From Microcoleus sp. (lineage in GTDB: Bacteria; Cyanobacteriota; Cyanobacteriia; Cyanobacteriales; Microcoleaceae), in the NCBI GenBank assembly GCA_052279835.1, contig CP181291.1, forward strand, positions 5,344,001 to 5,408,000: a stretch of 64,000 nt of DNA. The letters are read 5' to 3'. The notes below the pieces were generated by a model. That model saw only the letters and a program-made list of their open reading frames with translations. It was not told the origin of the DNA and searched no databases. The translations under genes and the position numbers were made by a program. Positions 9,382-18,900 of the stretch are shown piece by piece (the stretch's first letter is position 1; every line of letters starts with the position of its first letter).

Positions 9382-10176
9382 ATGAACGAAAAAAGACTAA
9401 ATAATTTATCAAAAAACTATAGTTGGGTAAAAAACCTAGGGATTATAGCAGGTTTAATTATAATTTATGGTTGGGCGCTCAGGGGATTAGAAATTGACGC
9501 GGAAACCTTGGTTAGCAGTTGGCCTTACATGACCGATTTTATTTCCCGTTTGTGGCCTCCGAATCTGGAAATTATAGATGTAGCAATCAAGGCTTTGATT
9601 GAGACTATTCAAATGTCTTTATGGGGAACCACTATCGGGGCAGTTTTTTCTGTACCGATCGCTATTTGTAGCGCCCATAATATAGCACCAAAGTGGTTGC
9701 AATTGCCTGCTAATTTTATCCAAAATGCGGTGCGTTCCGTGCCTTCGATTGTGTTAGGATTGTTGTTTGTATCGGCTACAGGCTTGGGGGCACCGGCGGG
9801 TACTTTGGCTTTGGGTATTTATACGATCGGCTATTTGGCTAAATTTTACCAGGAGGCGATCGAATCTGTAGAAGTGCGATCGATCGAATCTTTGCAGGTA
9901 GGAGGTGCATCTTGGCTGCAAGTTGCCCAATATGGAATTTTCCCCCAAGTATTGCCCCTAGGGTTGGGTTATACTCTGTGGATGTTTGAATATAACATCC
10001 GCGCTGCTTCCGTTTTGGGAGTAGTTGGTGCTGGTGGTATTGGTTTTGAATTAGTTAATTATATTCGAGCTTTTGAATACAATAAAGCTACAACTATGAT
10101 GTTAGTTTTGTTAGTTGTGGTGACGGTTATAGATGTGATTAGTAGTAAATGGCGGCAGCGTTTAGAAGCTAAGTAA
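9382..10176 (+). CDS. phnE: Phosphonate-type ABC transporter permease
   Basis: FEYNIRAASVLGVVGAGGIG PhnE signature; multiple TM helices. Confidence 0.9.
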   Translation: MNEKRLNNLSKNYSWVKNLGIIAGLIIIYGWALRGLEIDAETLVSSWPYMTDFISRLWPPNLEIIDVAIKALIETIQMSLWGTTIGAVFSVPIAICSAHNIAPKWLQLPANFIQNAVRSVPSIVLGLLFVSATGLGAPAGTLALGIYTIGYLAKFYQEAIESVEVRSIESLQVGGASWLQVAQYGIFPQVLPLGLGYTLWMFEYNIRAASVLGVVGAGGIGFELVNYIRAFEYNKATTMMLVLLVVVTVIDVISSKWRQRLEAK

Positions 10177-10201
10177 GATTAATTGAACCGCGAAGGTGCA
10201 A

Positions 10202-10416
10202 AGAACCCCCCCCTGCCCCCCCCAAGGGGGGAATCAAACAGCCCTGGAACCCCAAGGAAGAACCCCCCCCTGCCCCCCCCCAAGGGGGGAATCAAACAGC
10301 CCTGGAACCCCAAGGAAGAACCCCCCCTGCCCCCCCCAAGGGGGGAATCAAACAGCCTTGCCCCCCAAGGGGGGAATGAAACAGCCTTGCCCCCAAGGGG
10401 GGAATGAAACAGCCCT
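10202..10416. repeat. Tandem cluster of CCCCCCTGCCCCCCCAAGGGGGGAA units ending in GAATGAAACAGCCCTG
   Basis: Three ~59-bp units then two 28-bp units between convergent genes. Related single units at about 21983, 24907, 27503 and 60731. Confidence 0.85.
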
Positions 10417-10464
10417 GCGGCTGCCAGCGGGTTAAAAATTTACTGGGCTTATGCCCAGTTATTC

Positions 10465-11157
10465 CTACTTGGTTAAACCGTGTTCGAGGGCGTAACGAAC
10501 TAATTCTGTGCGACTGTTAGTACCTGTTTTGCTAAACAAACGACTGACATATTTTTCCACATTACGCACGCTAGTTTCTAAGCGGCGGGCAATTTCTTTG
10601 TTCATCAAACCTTGAGCAACTAAGTCTAAAACACTTTGTTCTCGCGGAGTCAAATCTATTTTAATCAGGGAAGGACTTTGGGTTATCGAACTCCGTCCAC
10701 TCAGCAAAGACTCAATTCTCGCCATCTGATTTGCTAAAGCTGCAATATCGGGATTTTCCCCATTCTCATTCATCTCCTTAGCCGCCGCGCGACGAGCCAG
10801 CAAATTGGTGACAATGGCGACTAATTCATCGGGATCGAAGGGCTTAGAAAGATAGGCATCGCAACCTGCTGTATAGCCTTGAATACGATCGCTCGTCATG
10901 CCCTTAGCCGTCAAAAATACTACGGGTAAAGCCTTATAGCGAGGATCTTCCCGCACTTGTTTGAGAAACTGATAGCCGTCCACCTGGGGCATCATAATGT
11001 CGGAAATGAGCAAATCAGGATTTTGCTTTTGCAAGATTTCCCAGCCATCGCGAGCATTACTGGCAACCTCAACCACAAAATTACTATCTTCTAAATAAGC
11101 TTGTACTGCTTCCCGCAAGCCCGGTTCATCATCTACCAGTAATAATCGTGCTGACAT
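10465..11157 (-). CDS. ycf29: NarL/LuxR-type response regulator (Ycf29/Rre1-like)
   Basis: REC domain (VDDEP, SDIMMP, SKPF) plus LuxR HTH (LTPREQSVL...GLMNKEIA); matches the recalled cyanobacterial Rre1/Ycf29 pattern. Confidence 0.85.
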   Translation of the reverse strand: MSARLLLVDDEPGLREAVQAYLEDSNFVVEVASNARDGWEILQKQNPDLLISDIMMPQVDGYQFLKQVREDPRYKALPVVFLTAKGMTSDRIQGYTAGCDAYLSKPFDPDELVAIVTNLLARRAAAKEMNENGENPDIAALANQMARIESLLSGRSSITQSPSLIKIDLTPREQSVLDLVAQGLMNKEIARRLETSVRNVEKYVSRLFSKTGTNSRTELVRYALEHGLTK

Positions 11158-11358
11158 TTCTCTTACCTTTGTCCTTTATGACTATTATGTTAAAATTTTG
11201 CCAAATTTAACTATTATTATCTTGACTAATGAAGGCAAATATTGTATGTTGAGCTCTTCGACTCCGCGGCGGTTGGTATCTGTGCAGCCCAAGGACTGCG
11301 AAGTCGAAGAGTAAACCAATCTCGACCATCAAAACTTGAGGTTAAAACTCCAAATTCT

Positions 11359-12186
11359 TTAAACTTTAGAGCGATCGGTCAAAATTTCATAGCCGGTGTC
11401 CGTCACCAACACAGTATGCTCAAACTGAGCAGACATGGCGTTGTCCACGGTGACAGCAGTCCATTTATCAGCGAGTGTCCGAGTATACTTAGAACCCGCA
11501 TTCAAAATCGGCTCGATCGCCAATGTCATACCCGATCGCAATTTTACATTCGGCATTTCGCGAGTACGGAAATTGAAAACCGACGGTTCCTCGTGCAAAT
11601 TGCGCCCAACGCCGTGGCCTGTAAACTCCTCAACGATGCTAAAACCATTACTTTTGACATGATCTTCGATCGCACCAGCCAGATCCAGCAAATAAGCACC
11701 AGCCCTGACCTGTTCAATGCCTTTATAGAGAGCCTCTTCAGCAACTCTAATTAACTTAGCCGATTCCGGTGTCACCTCCACCACGGGAATTGTAATACAA
11801 GAGTCACCGTGAAAACCTTGATAATACGCTCCCGTATCCACCTTGAGAACATCTCCGGCCCGAATCACTTTTTTCTTACTAGGAATACCGTGAACTACTT
11901 CATTATTAATACTAGAGCAAATCGAGCCTGTGAAGCCGTGATAGCCTTTAAAACTCGGAGTTGCACCCATAGAACGAATGCGTTTTTCCGCATAAGCATC
12001 TAAATCGGCCGTAGTCATTCCCGGCTGCACCATTTGGGAAATTTCCTTGAGGACAGTAGCCACAATTTTGGCTGCTTGCCGCATAATTTCGATTTCGCGT
12101 TCCGACTTAATTTCAATGCCTCGGCGCTGTTTTTTGACTTGGGGTTGTTGAGTTGGGCTAGAAAGGAGACTGCTAAAAATATTCAT
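11359..12186 (-). CDS. map: Type I methionine aminopeptidase
   Basis: [28 protein letters not shown] and SAQFEHT motifs. Confidence 0.97.
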   Translation of the reverse strand: MNIFSSLLSSPTQQPQVKKQRRGIEIKSEREIEIMRQAAKIVATVLKEISQMVQPGMTTADLDAYAEKRIRSMGATPSFKGYHGFTGSICSSINNEVVHGIPSKKKVIRAGDVLKVDTGAYYQGFHGDSCITIPVVEVTPESAKLIRVAEEALYKGIEQVRAGAYLLDLAGAIEDHVKSNGFSIVEEFTGHGVGRNLHEEPSVFNFRTREMPNVKLRSGMTLAIEPILNAGSKYTRTLADKWTAVTVDNAMSAQFEHTVLVTDTGYEILTDRSKV

Positions 12187-12315
12187 GTATTAATCGAGTA
12201 ATTTTCTACTTTGACACTCTCAGACTTGCAAACTAAATTGTACCAAATATGGACAGGGATTGAAATCGTTTCCGGTTGCTGACCTTTGAGATGGAAAAAC
12301 ACGATCGCTCGTGCT

Positions 12316-14406
12316 CTAAACTAGCTTAATATTTTTCTCAGTAATTGGCAGGGGATTGGGGGTCAAAAAAGCGGTTTCAACCGCCGAGTGCCTCTGAGCA
12401 GCATTTGGGAGCCTTCCTGCGAGGTTAACAATTCCGTCAATTAACTGATTGATTTCCACCGGTTTAGATAAGTGCATTTGGAAACCAGCTTTCAGGGCTT
12501 GTTGGCGCTCTTCCTCTCTGGCGTAGGCAGTCAGGGCGATCGCAGGCATATTTCCACCCCGGATCGCTTCCATTTCTCTCACCCGCGCGATCAATTGATA
12601 GCCGTCTGCTCCGGGCATTCCAATGTCGCTGAGCAACACATCCGGCCAAAACGTCTCCAGTACAGCTAGAGCCTCCGCCACCGATGTCGCCGATCGCACC
12701 ATAGCTCCTTCATCTTCGAGTAAAGCAATCAAAAACTCCCGCGAGTCATCGTCATCATCCACCACCAGCAATTGCAAATTCATCAGATGTGGCTGGGCCT
12801 GTGCCACGTCAGGGAACTCGAACAAACCCAGCCCTGCTTCTTGCCCGTTGAGCTCAACAACTGGCAGAGAAACCGTAAATTTCGCACCCCCGCCCGGATT
12901 ATTCTCTGCCGCCACTTTACCGCCGTGCAGTTGGGCCAAGTGACGGACGATCGCCAATCCCAGTCCCAAACCCCCGTAGGACCTAGTTGTGCTGCTATCA
13001 GCTTGGCGGAAGCGATCGAAAACATAAGGGAGAAATTCAGGAGCGATACCAATGCCACTATCAATTATCTGAATTTGTGCCATATCCCCAAGGGACTCCA
13101 AGCGCACCTGTACCTTACCGCCTTCGGGAGTAAACTTAATGGCATTTGACAGCAAGTTCCAGACTATTTGCTGCAACCGAGCCGGATCGCCCATCGCTTC
13201 ACCGACATCTGGACTGCAAGTCACTTCTATGACTATTGATTTGTCCTGGGCCAGCAGTTGCAAAGAATCAATTGCCATCTGAATGATAGATTCCAAATTA
13301 ATCCGATGGAAATTGAGATTGAGTTTGCCCCGCAGAATCCGCGAAACATCCAAAATATCTTCAATGAGTTGCGCTTGAGATTTTGCATTACGCTCAATTG
13401 TTTCTAGGGCTTTCTCAATAGTTTCTTGGTCAAATTCTCTAGTCCGCAGCAGCTTAGACCAGCCGAGAATTGAATTTAAAGGAGTACGGAGTTCGTGAGA
13501 AAGAATCGCGAGAAATTCATCCTTCATCTGGTTAGCTCTTTCAGCTTCCTGACGCGCCACCTGCTCGTGAATTAGCCTCCCACGCTCTTCCTCTGCTTGC
13601 TTGCGGCTAGTGACATCTCTCACCGTACCAACGTGACCGATGGGTGTTCCCAAATCCGAAAACATCGGCGATGACTGCACGTTAATCCAACGCACTGTTT
13701 CGCCAATAGCTAATCGAAACTCGTTAGAATATTCCTGCCCTTGTTGAAGCCATGCTGACCAATGTGCCACTACGCGATCGCGATCGTCTGGATGAACTAC
13801 CCGCCCCCAAGCCAACGCCAAATCTTCCTCCAACTTTAACCCCGAAATTTCTTGACAGCGGGGATTCATGTAAGTACAGCGACCTGCAACATCAGCTAAA
13901 TAAATTCCCAGCGGCGAACAAGCACACAAAATGCGAAACCGCTCTTCACTTTTCCTGAGTTCATGATTAACAGCAGCTAACTGTGTTGCTTGTCGCTTCA
14001 CCTCGACTGTTTTTTGGAACAATTCCACAAATACCTGCACCTTCGAGGTTAATATTTCCGGTTTCAAGGGTTTGAATAAGTAATCCACAGCCCCCAGAGA
14101 ATAACCTTTAAACACATGGGTGTCGTTACTGCTAAATGCTGTGACAAAAATAATCGGAGTCGAGCGAGATCGATCTCTAGATCGAATCAATGTTGCCGTT
14201 TCAAATCCATCCATTCCCGGCATTTGCACGTCCAGTAAAATCACCGCAAAATCTTCATTCAGCAGACACCTGAGAGCTTCGGAACCGGAATTTGCTGTGA
14301 CTAAATTGTAAGACGACTTGTTCAAAATAGCTTCCAGAGCCATCAAATTTTCTGGACGATCATCAACTAGAAGCACATTTACTCGATCGCAGGGGTGCAC
14401 ATCCAT
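12316..14406 (-). CDS. Hybrid histidine kinase (REC-PAS-HisKA-HATPase-REC)
   Basis: N-terminal REC; PAS (VHPDD); H-box [26 protein letters not shown]-terminal REC. Confidence 0.93.
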   Translation of the reverse strand: MDVHPCDRVNVLLVDDRPENLMALEAILNKSSYNLVTANSGSEALRCLLNEDFAVILLDVQMPGMDGFETATLIRSRDRSRSTPIIFVTAFSSNDTHVFKGYSLGAVDYLFKPLKPEILTSKVQVFVELFQKTVEVKRQATQLAAVNHELRKSEERFRILCACSPLGIYLADVAGRCTYMNPRCQEISGLKLEEDLALAWGRVVHPDDRDRVVAHWSAWLQQGQEYSNEFRLAIGETVRWINVQSSPMFSDLGTPIGHVGTVRDVTSRKQAEEERGRLIHEQVARQEAERANQMKDEFLAILSHELRTPLNSILGWSKLLRTREFDQETIEKALETIERNAKSQAQLIEDILDVSRILRGKLNLNFHRINLESIIQMAIDSLQLLAQDKSIVIEVTCSPDVGEAMGDPARLQQIVWNLLSNAIKFTPEGGKVQVRLESLGDMAQIQIIDSGIGIAPEFLPYVFDRFRQADSSTTRSYGGLGLGLAIVRHLAQLHGGKVAAENNPGGGAKFTVSLPVVELNGQEAGLGLFEFPDVAQAQPHLMNLQLLVVDDDDDSREFLIALLEDEGAMVRSATSVAEALAVLETFWPDVLLSDIGMPGADGYQLIARVREMEAIRGGNMPAIALTAYAREEERQQALKAGFQMHLSKPVEINQLIDGIVNLAGRLPNAAQRHSAVETAFLTPNPLPITEKNIKLV

Positions 14407-14414
14407 AATTTTTT

Positions 14415-15152
14415 TTAAACTTTAATGGTTAGCAAGTTGACTAAACAGGGAGCGATTTGAGACAGGGGTAAAATCCAGTCTACTTCAACATTTGCGATCG
14501 CGGCAGTCGGCATAATCCCGCATTGAGCCGAATCTGGTTCCTGTACAAATGTCAATCCTCCTTCAGCTTTAATTTTTCCCAGCCCTTTACTACCATCAGA
14601 GTTAGCTCCTGTTAAAATGATGCCGATAACTTTCTCCCGAAAGGCATCAGCAGCAGACTCAAACAGCACATCGATGGAAGGCCGCGCGTAACAGACAGGA
14701 GCCTCTGTTGATAGTGCAAAGGTAAAACTTCCGCGACACAGGATGGGGAATTTTGAATTGTAGATTGGCTCAACTGTCGCCCTTGGTGATTCTGTAAAGT
14801 AATTTTCAGGCAAGCTTTTGTACCACTGACTGGGTGATTCTATTAGCAAGTGATAGTCAGCAGGAGCCAAATAAACCCGTCCTGGCGCGATCGGCTCTTT
14901 ATCTTCGACTTCTGTGATTTGGAGAGAACTTTGCTGCTGTAAAAAATCACTCAGTCGATTCTGAGAATGCTTGTGGCGGTGTTGGACAATAACTACAGGC
15001 AAAGGAAAGCTTGGTGGCAAATCGGCCAGCAACACACTCAGAGCATCTAGCCCTCCCAAAGACGTGCCCACAACCACTATTTCAAAAGTTTTTTTATTTA
15101 ACTTTGCGGTAGAGTTTATCACTACTTTCAATGGCTTCATAGTGTTTTTCAT
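14415..15152 (-). CDS. cheB: CheB-type methylesterase, catalytic domain only
   Basis: GTSLGG, VQH and LTGANSDG catalytic motifs; no REC domain; start uncertain and overlaps cheR. Confidence 0.88.
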   Translation of the reverse strand: MKNTMKPLKVVINSTAKLNKKTFEIVVVGTSLGGLDALSVLLADLPPSFPLPVVIVQHRHKHSQNRLSDFLQQQSSLQITEVEDKEPIAPGRVYLAPADYHLLIESPSQWYKSLPENYFTESPRATVEPIYNSKFPILCRGSFTFALSTEAPVCYARPSIDVLFESAADAFREKVIGIILTGANSDGSKGLGKIKAEGGLTFVQEPDSAQCGIMPTAAIANVEVDWILPLSQIAPCLVNLLTIKV

Positions 15153-15921
15153 AAGGTGTAAAATGCAGAGACTCCTGATGTCCTAGCCCTAAAACCCCAA
15201 ACATTCCCAGGCTTTCATGAAAAAGCTTGTGTACTCTTTCCTGGAGGTATGAATTGAAATAAATCATTACATTTCGACACAAAATAACATTAAATTCATT
15301 AAAAGAATTATCCGTTGCTAAGTTGTGGTGAGCAAACACAATATTATCTTTTATAGAAGCTCTGAAAACAGCATTATCATAGGCGGCCGTGTAATATTCA
15401 GAAAAGGCTTTTTTACCTCCTGCTTGGTGGTATAGTTGCGTATATTCTTGCATTTTTTTTAGCGAAAATATGCCTGTCTTTGCTTGTTTTAAAACAACTT
15501 CATTCATGTCAGTTGCGTAAATCCGACAGCGGTCATAAAGTCCTTCTTCTTGCAGTAAAATTGCCATAGAATAGACTTCTTCTCCTGTAGAACATCCAGC
15601 GTGCCAAATCCGAATAAAAGGATAAGTACGCAGCATTGGCACTACTTTATTTCGGAAACTAATGTAAAAGCTCGGATCGCGAAACATCGTGGTAACATTC
15701 ACCGAAACGCCCAGCAGAAAACGCTCTAGGTAAGCCGGATTGTGCAGTATCTTTTCTTGAAGTCCAGAGACAGTAGTCAGGCGTTCCGATTGAATAGTTT
15801 TCCAAATGCGACGCTTGAGAGAGGCAAGAGCATAATTGCGAAAATCAAATCCGTAATAGCGAAATATCCCTTCTAGAAAGAGTTGAATTTCGATTGTTTC
15901 AAGTTCATGAGCACTGTTCAT
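15094..15921 (-). CDS. cheR: CheR-type protein-glutamate O-methyltransferase
   Basis: VNVTTMFRD, RIWHAGCSTGEEVYS, ILCRNVMIYF. Confidence 0.95.
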   Translation of the reverse strand: MNSAHELETIEIQLFLEGIFRYYGFDFRNYALASLKRRIWKTIQSERLTTVSGLQEKILHNPAYLERFLLGVSVNVTTMFRDPSFYISFRNKVVPMLRTYPFIRIWHAGCSTGEEVYSMAILLQEEGLYDRCRIYATDMNEVVLKQAKTGIFSLKKMQEYTQLYHQAGGKKAFSEYYTAAYDNAVFRASIKDNIVFAHHNLATDNSFNEFNVILCRNVMIYFNSYLQERVHKLFHESLGMFGVLGLGHQESLHFTPYEKHYEAIESSDKLYRKVK

Positions 15922-15963
15922 TTAACAAAAAACCACTAGCAAAAAAACACTAACAAATCAGCA

Positions 15964-18900
15964 TTATCTATAAAGCCAAACACGCAGCAGCGAGAGCAAC
16001 TGTTCCGTATCCACAGGTTTGGTAATGTAGTCAGAGGCTCCAGCTTCGATACATTTTTCCCGATCGCCCTTCATCGCTTTCGCAGTCAGAGCAATCATCG
16101 GTAGCGAAGTGAACTGAGGCAAATTGCGAATTGCTTGCATTGTCTCGTAACCGTCCATCTCTGGCATCATCACATCCATCAACACAATATTGATGTCCGG
16201 CGTATTTTGCAACATCGCAATTCCATCCCTGCCGTTTTCAGCATACTCAATTTGCATTTGATGGCGCTCCAACATACTCGTCAGCGCGAAAATATTTCGC
16301 ATATCGTCGTCTACAATCAAGACTTTTTTGCCCGCCAGCGTCGAATCTGTTTGATACAATTGCTCTAGCATTTGGCGCTTGGGTGCTGGCAAATTTGCTT
16401 GCACTCGATGCAAAAACAAAGCAGTTTCATCTAACAAACGTTCCGGCGATCGCACATCTTTAACAATAATGGTTTCCGCCATCCGCTTCAGTTGAGTTTC
16501 TTCAGCTCTGGTCAACTCTTTTCCTGTATAAATAATAATCGGCAGATTTTTCAAAATAGCATCCTGCTTAATCTGCTCGATCAGTTCAAAACCAGTCATA
16601 TCTGGGAGTCCCAAATCGAGTACGATGCAGTCAAAATGCCCCGATCGCAAAGTTGCTAGGGCTTCTGCACCGCTTCCCACCGCCGTGGTATAAACATCGT
16701 GATTCCCGATTAAATCCACAATGCTCAAACGCTGTGTTTCGTCGTCTTCCACCACTAGCAAATTCTTGACTCGCCGCTCGACAAAACCCTTAATATCAGT
16801 TAAAGCCTTGCTTAAAGCTTCGCTGCTAACAGGTTTTTGCAAATAGGCGATCGCCCCTAACTGCAAACTGCGCTGCCGCCCTTCTTCAACTGATACAATA
16901 TGAACCGGAATGTGGCGCGTATTCGGATTATGCTTGAGGCGATCGAGTACAGTCCAACCATCCATCACAGGCAAATTTAGATCCAGCATAATCGCAGTCG
17001 GCTTAAACTCTTGCGCCATCGCCAAACCGATATCGCTACGCAAAGCCACCACACCTTTAAAACCCTGTTCCCGCGCCATATCCAACAGAATGCGAGCGAA
17101 GTTGACATCATCCTCGATAATCAACAGGAGGCGATCGCCTGGTTGGACATTTTCGCGATCGTCAGCGACGATGGGGGATGGATAAGGGGCGATCGGCAAG
17201 GGCAAAGAAGGAGTCGCCACAGCAGCCATAGCAGGCCGCAATTGTGCTATTTCCTGGCTGGTTCCCGATGGTAACTCATTGACAATTCCCAACTCTTGAT
17301 AAGTTTGCGGCAAATAAAGCGTGAACGTACTCCCCACACCAGGGCGACTCGTCAATTTAATTTCTCCCCCTAACAAATTAGCGATTTCTCTACTAATCGA
17401 CAAACCCAAACCAGTGCCCCCGTATTTGCGGCTAGTGCTCCCATCAGCCTGCTGGAAAGCCTCAAAAATCACCCTGTGTTTTTCAGGAGAAATCCCAATC
17501 CCCGTATCCGTGACAGAAAAAGCCAAAACAGTAGCAGAAACTCGTTAAAGTTTCTATCTCTAAACTCCACCCAGAGCGCGCCACTTCCACTACCAATTTC
17601 ACCTCACCATGCTCGGTAAACTTAAACGCATTAGAGAGCAGATTCTTCAAAACTTGTTGCAACCGCTTAGCATCAGTATAAACACTTTTCGGAATCCCAG
17701 CGCTCAACTCAATCAGAAAATTCAACTTTTTATCCTGTGCAAGTTGACGGAAAGTCCGCTCCAAATGCTCTCGCAAATCTGTAAATAACACTTGCTCAAT
17801 TTCCACCGACATCGTGCCCGACTCAATCTTAGCCAAATCCAAAATATCATTAATCAGCCCCAACAAATCGTTACCAGCCGAATAAATAGTCCGCGTATAT
17901 TCAACTTGTTTCACAGTCAAATTACCCTCACTATTCTCCGAAAGCAAGCGAGCTAAAATCAACAAAGAATTCAGCGGAGTCCGCAACTCGTGAGACATAT
18001 TCGCCAAAAACTCCGACTTATATTTAGAAGTAATAGACAACTGCTTCGCTTTTTCTTCCAGCGACATCCTCGCCTGTTCAATTTCGCTATTTTTCTGCTC
18101 TACTTCCTGATTTTGCAGCGCCAGCAATTCCGCTTTTTCTTCTAATTCTTCATTCGTCTGCTGCAACTCTTCTTGTTGATTCTTCAACAGTTCCTCCGAG
18201 GCGCGCAAAGATTGGGCTTGCTGTTCCAACCGCTTATTAGTTTCCGTCAATTCCTTTTGCTGGGATTGCAACTCTTCCGCTAAAGACTGCGACTGTTTCA
18301 GCAACTCTTCCGTCCGCATACTCGCCGCAATTGTATTTAACACAATCGCGATACTTTCCGTGAGTTGGTCGAGAAAAGTCAAGTGAATTTCGCTGAAGCG
18401 ACGGAAAGAAGCTAACTCAATCACCGCCGTCACTTGTCCCTCAAAAAGCACAGGTAAAACCACCACATTCAGTGGCGTAGACTCTCCCAAACCCGAACTA
18501 ATTTTCACATAGTTATCCGGGACTTCTGTGAGTAAAATTCGCTCTTTTTCCAAGGCGCACTGTCCAACTAAACCTTCGCCTAAATTAAATTTATTACCTA
18601 AGTTTTTACGTTCCCGGTAAGCATAGGTACTTAACAGTTTCAGGAACGGGTCATGTTCGACAGATTCCATCATAAAAAATACCCCATGCTGAGCAGAAAC
18701 CAGCGGTGTCAATTCTGATAAAATCAATTTAGAAACAGTCTCTAAATCCCGCTGACCTTGCAGCATACGAGTAAACTTAGCCAGGTTTGTTTTCAGCCAA
18801 TCTTGCTCGGTATTCTTCTGCGTTGTCTCCCGGAGATTAGCAATCATCTGGTTAATGTTATCTTTCAGAATAGCGACTTCCCCTTCAGCAGCGACGGAAA

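Noticed and set aside
10202..10416. Possible CRISPR array
   Set aside because: The intervening sequences are themselves repeated, with no unique spacers and no cas genes. ORFs 10183..10407 and 10196..10435 are repeat-derived artefacts.
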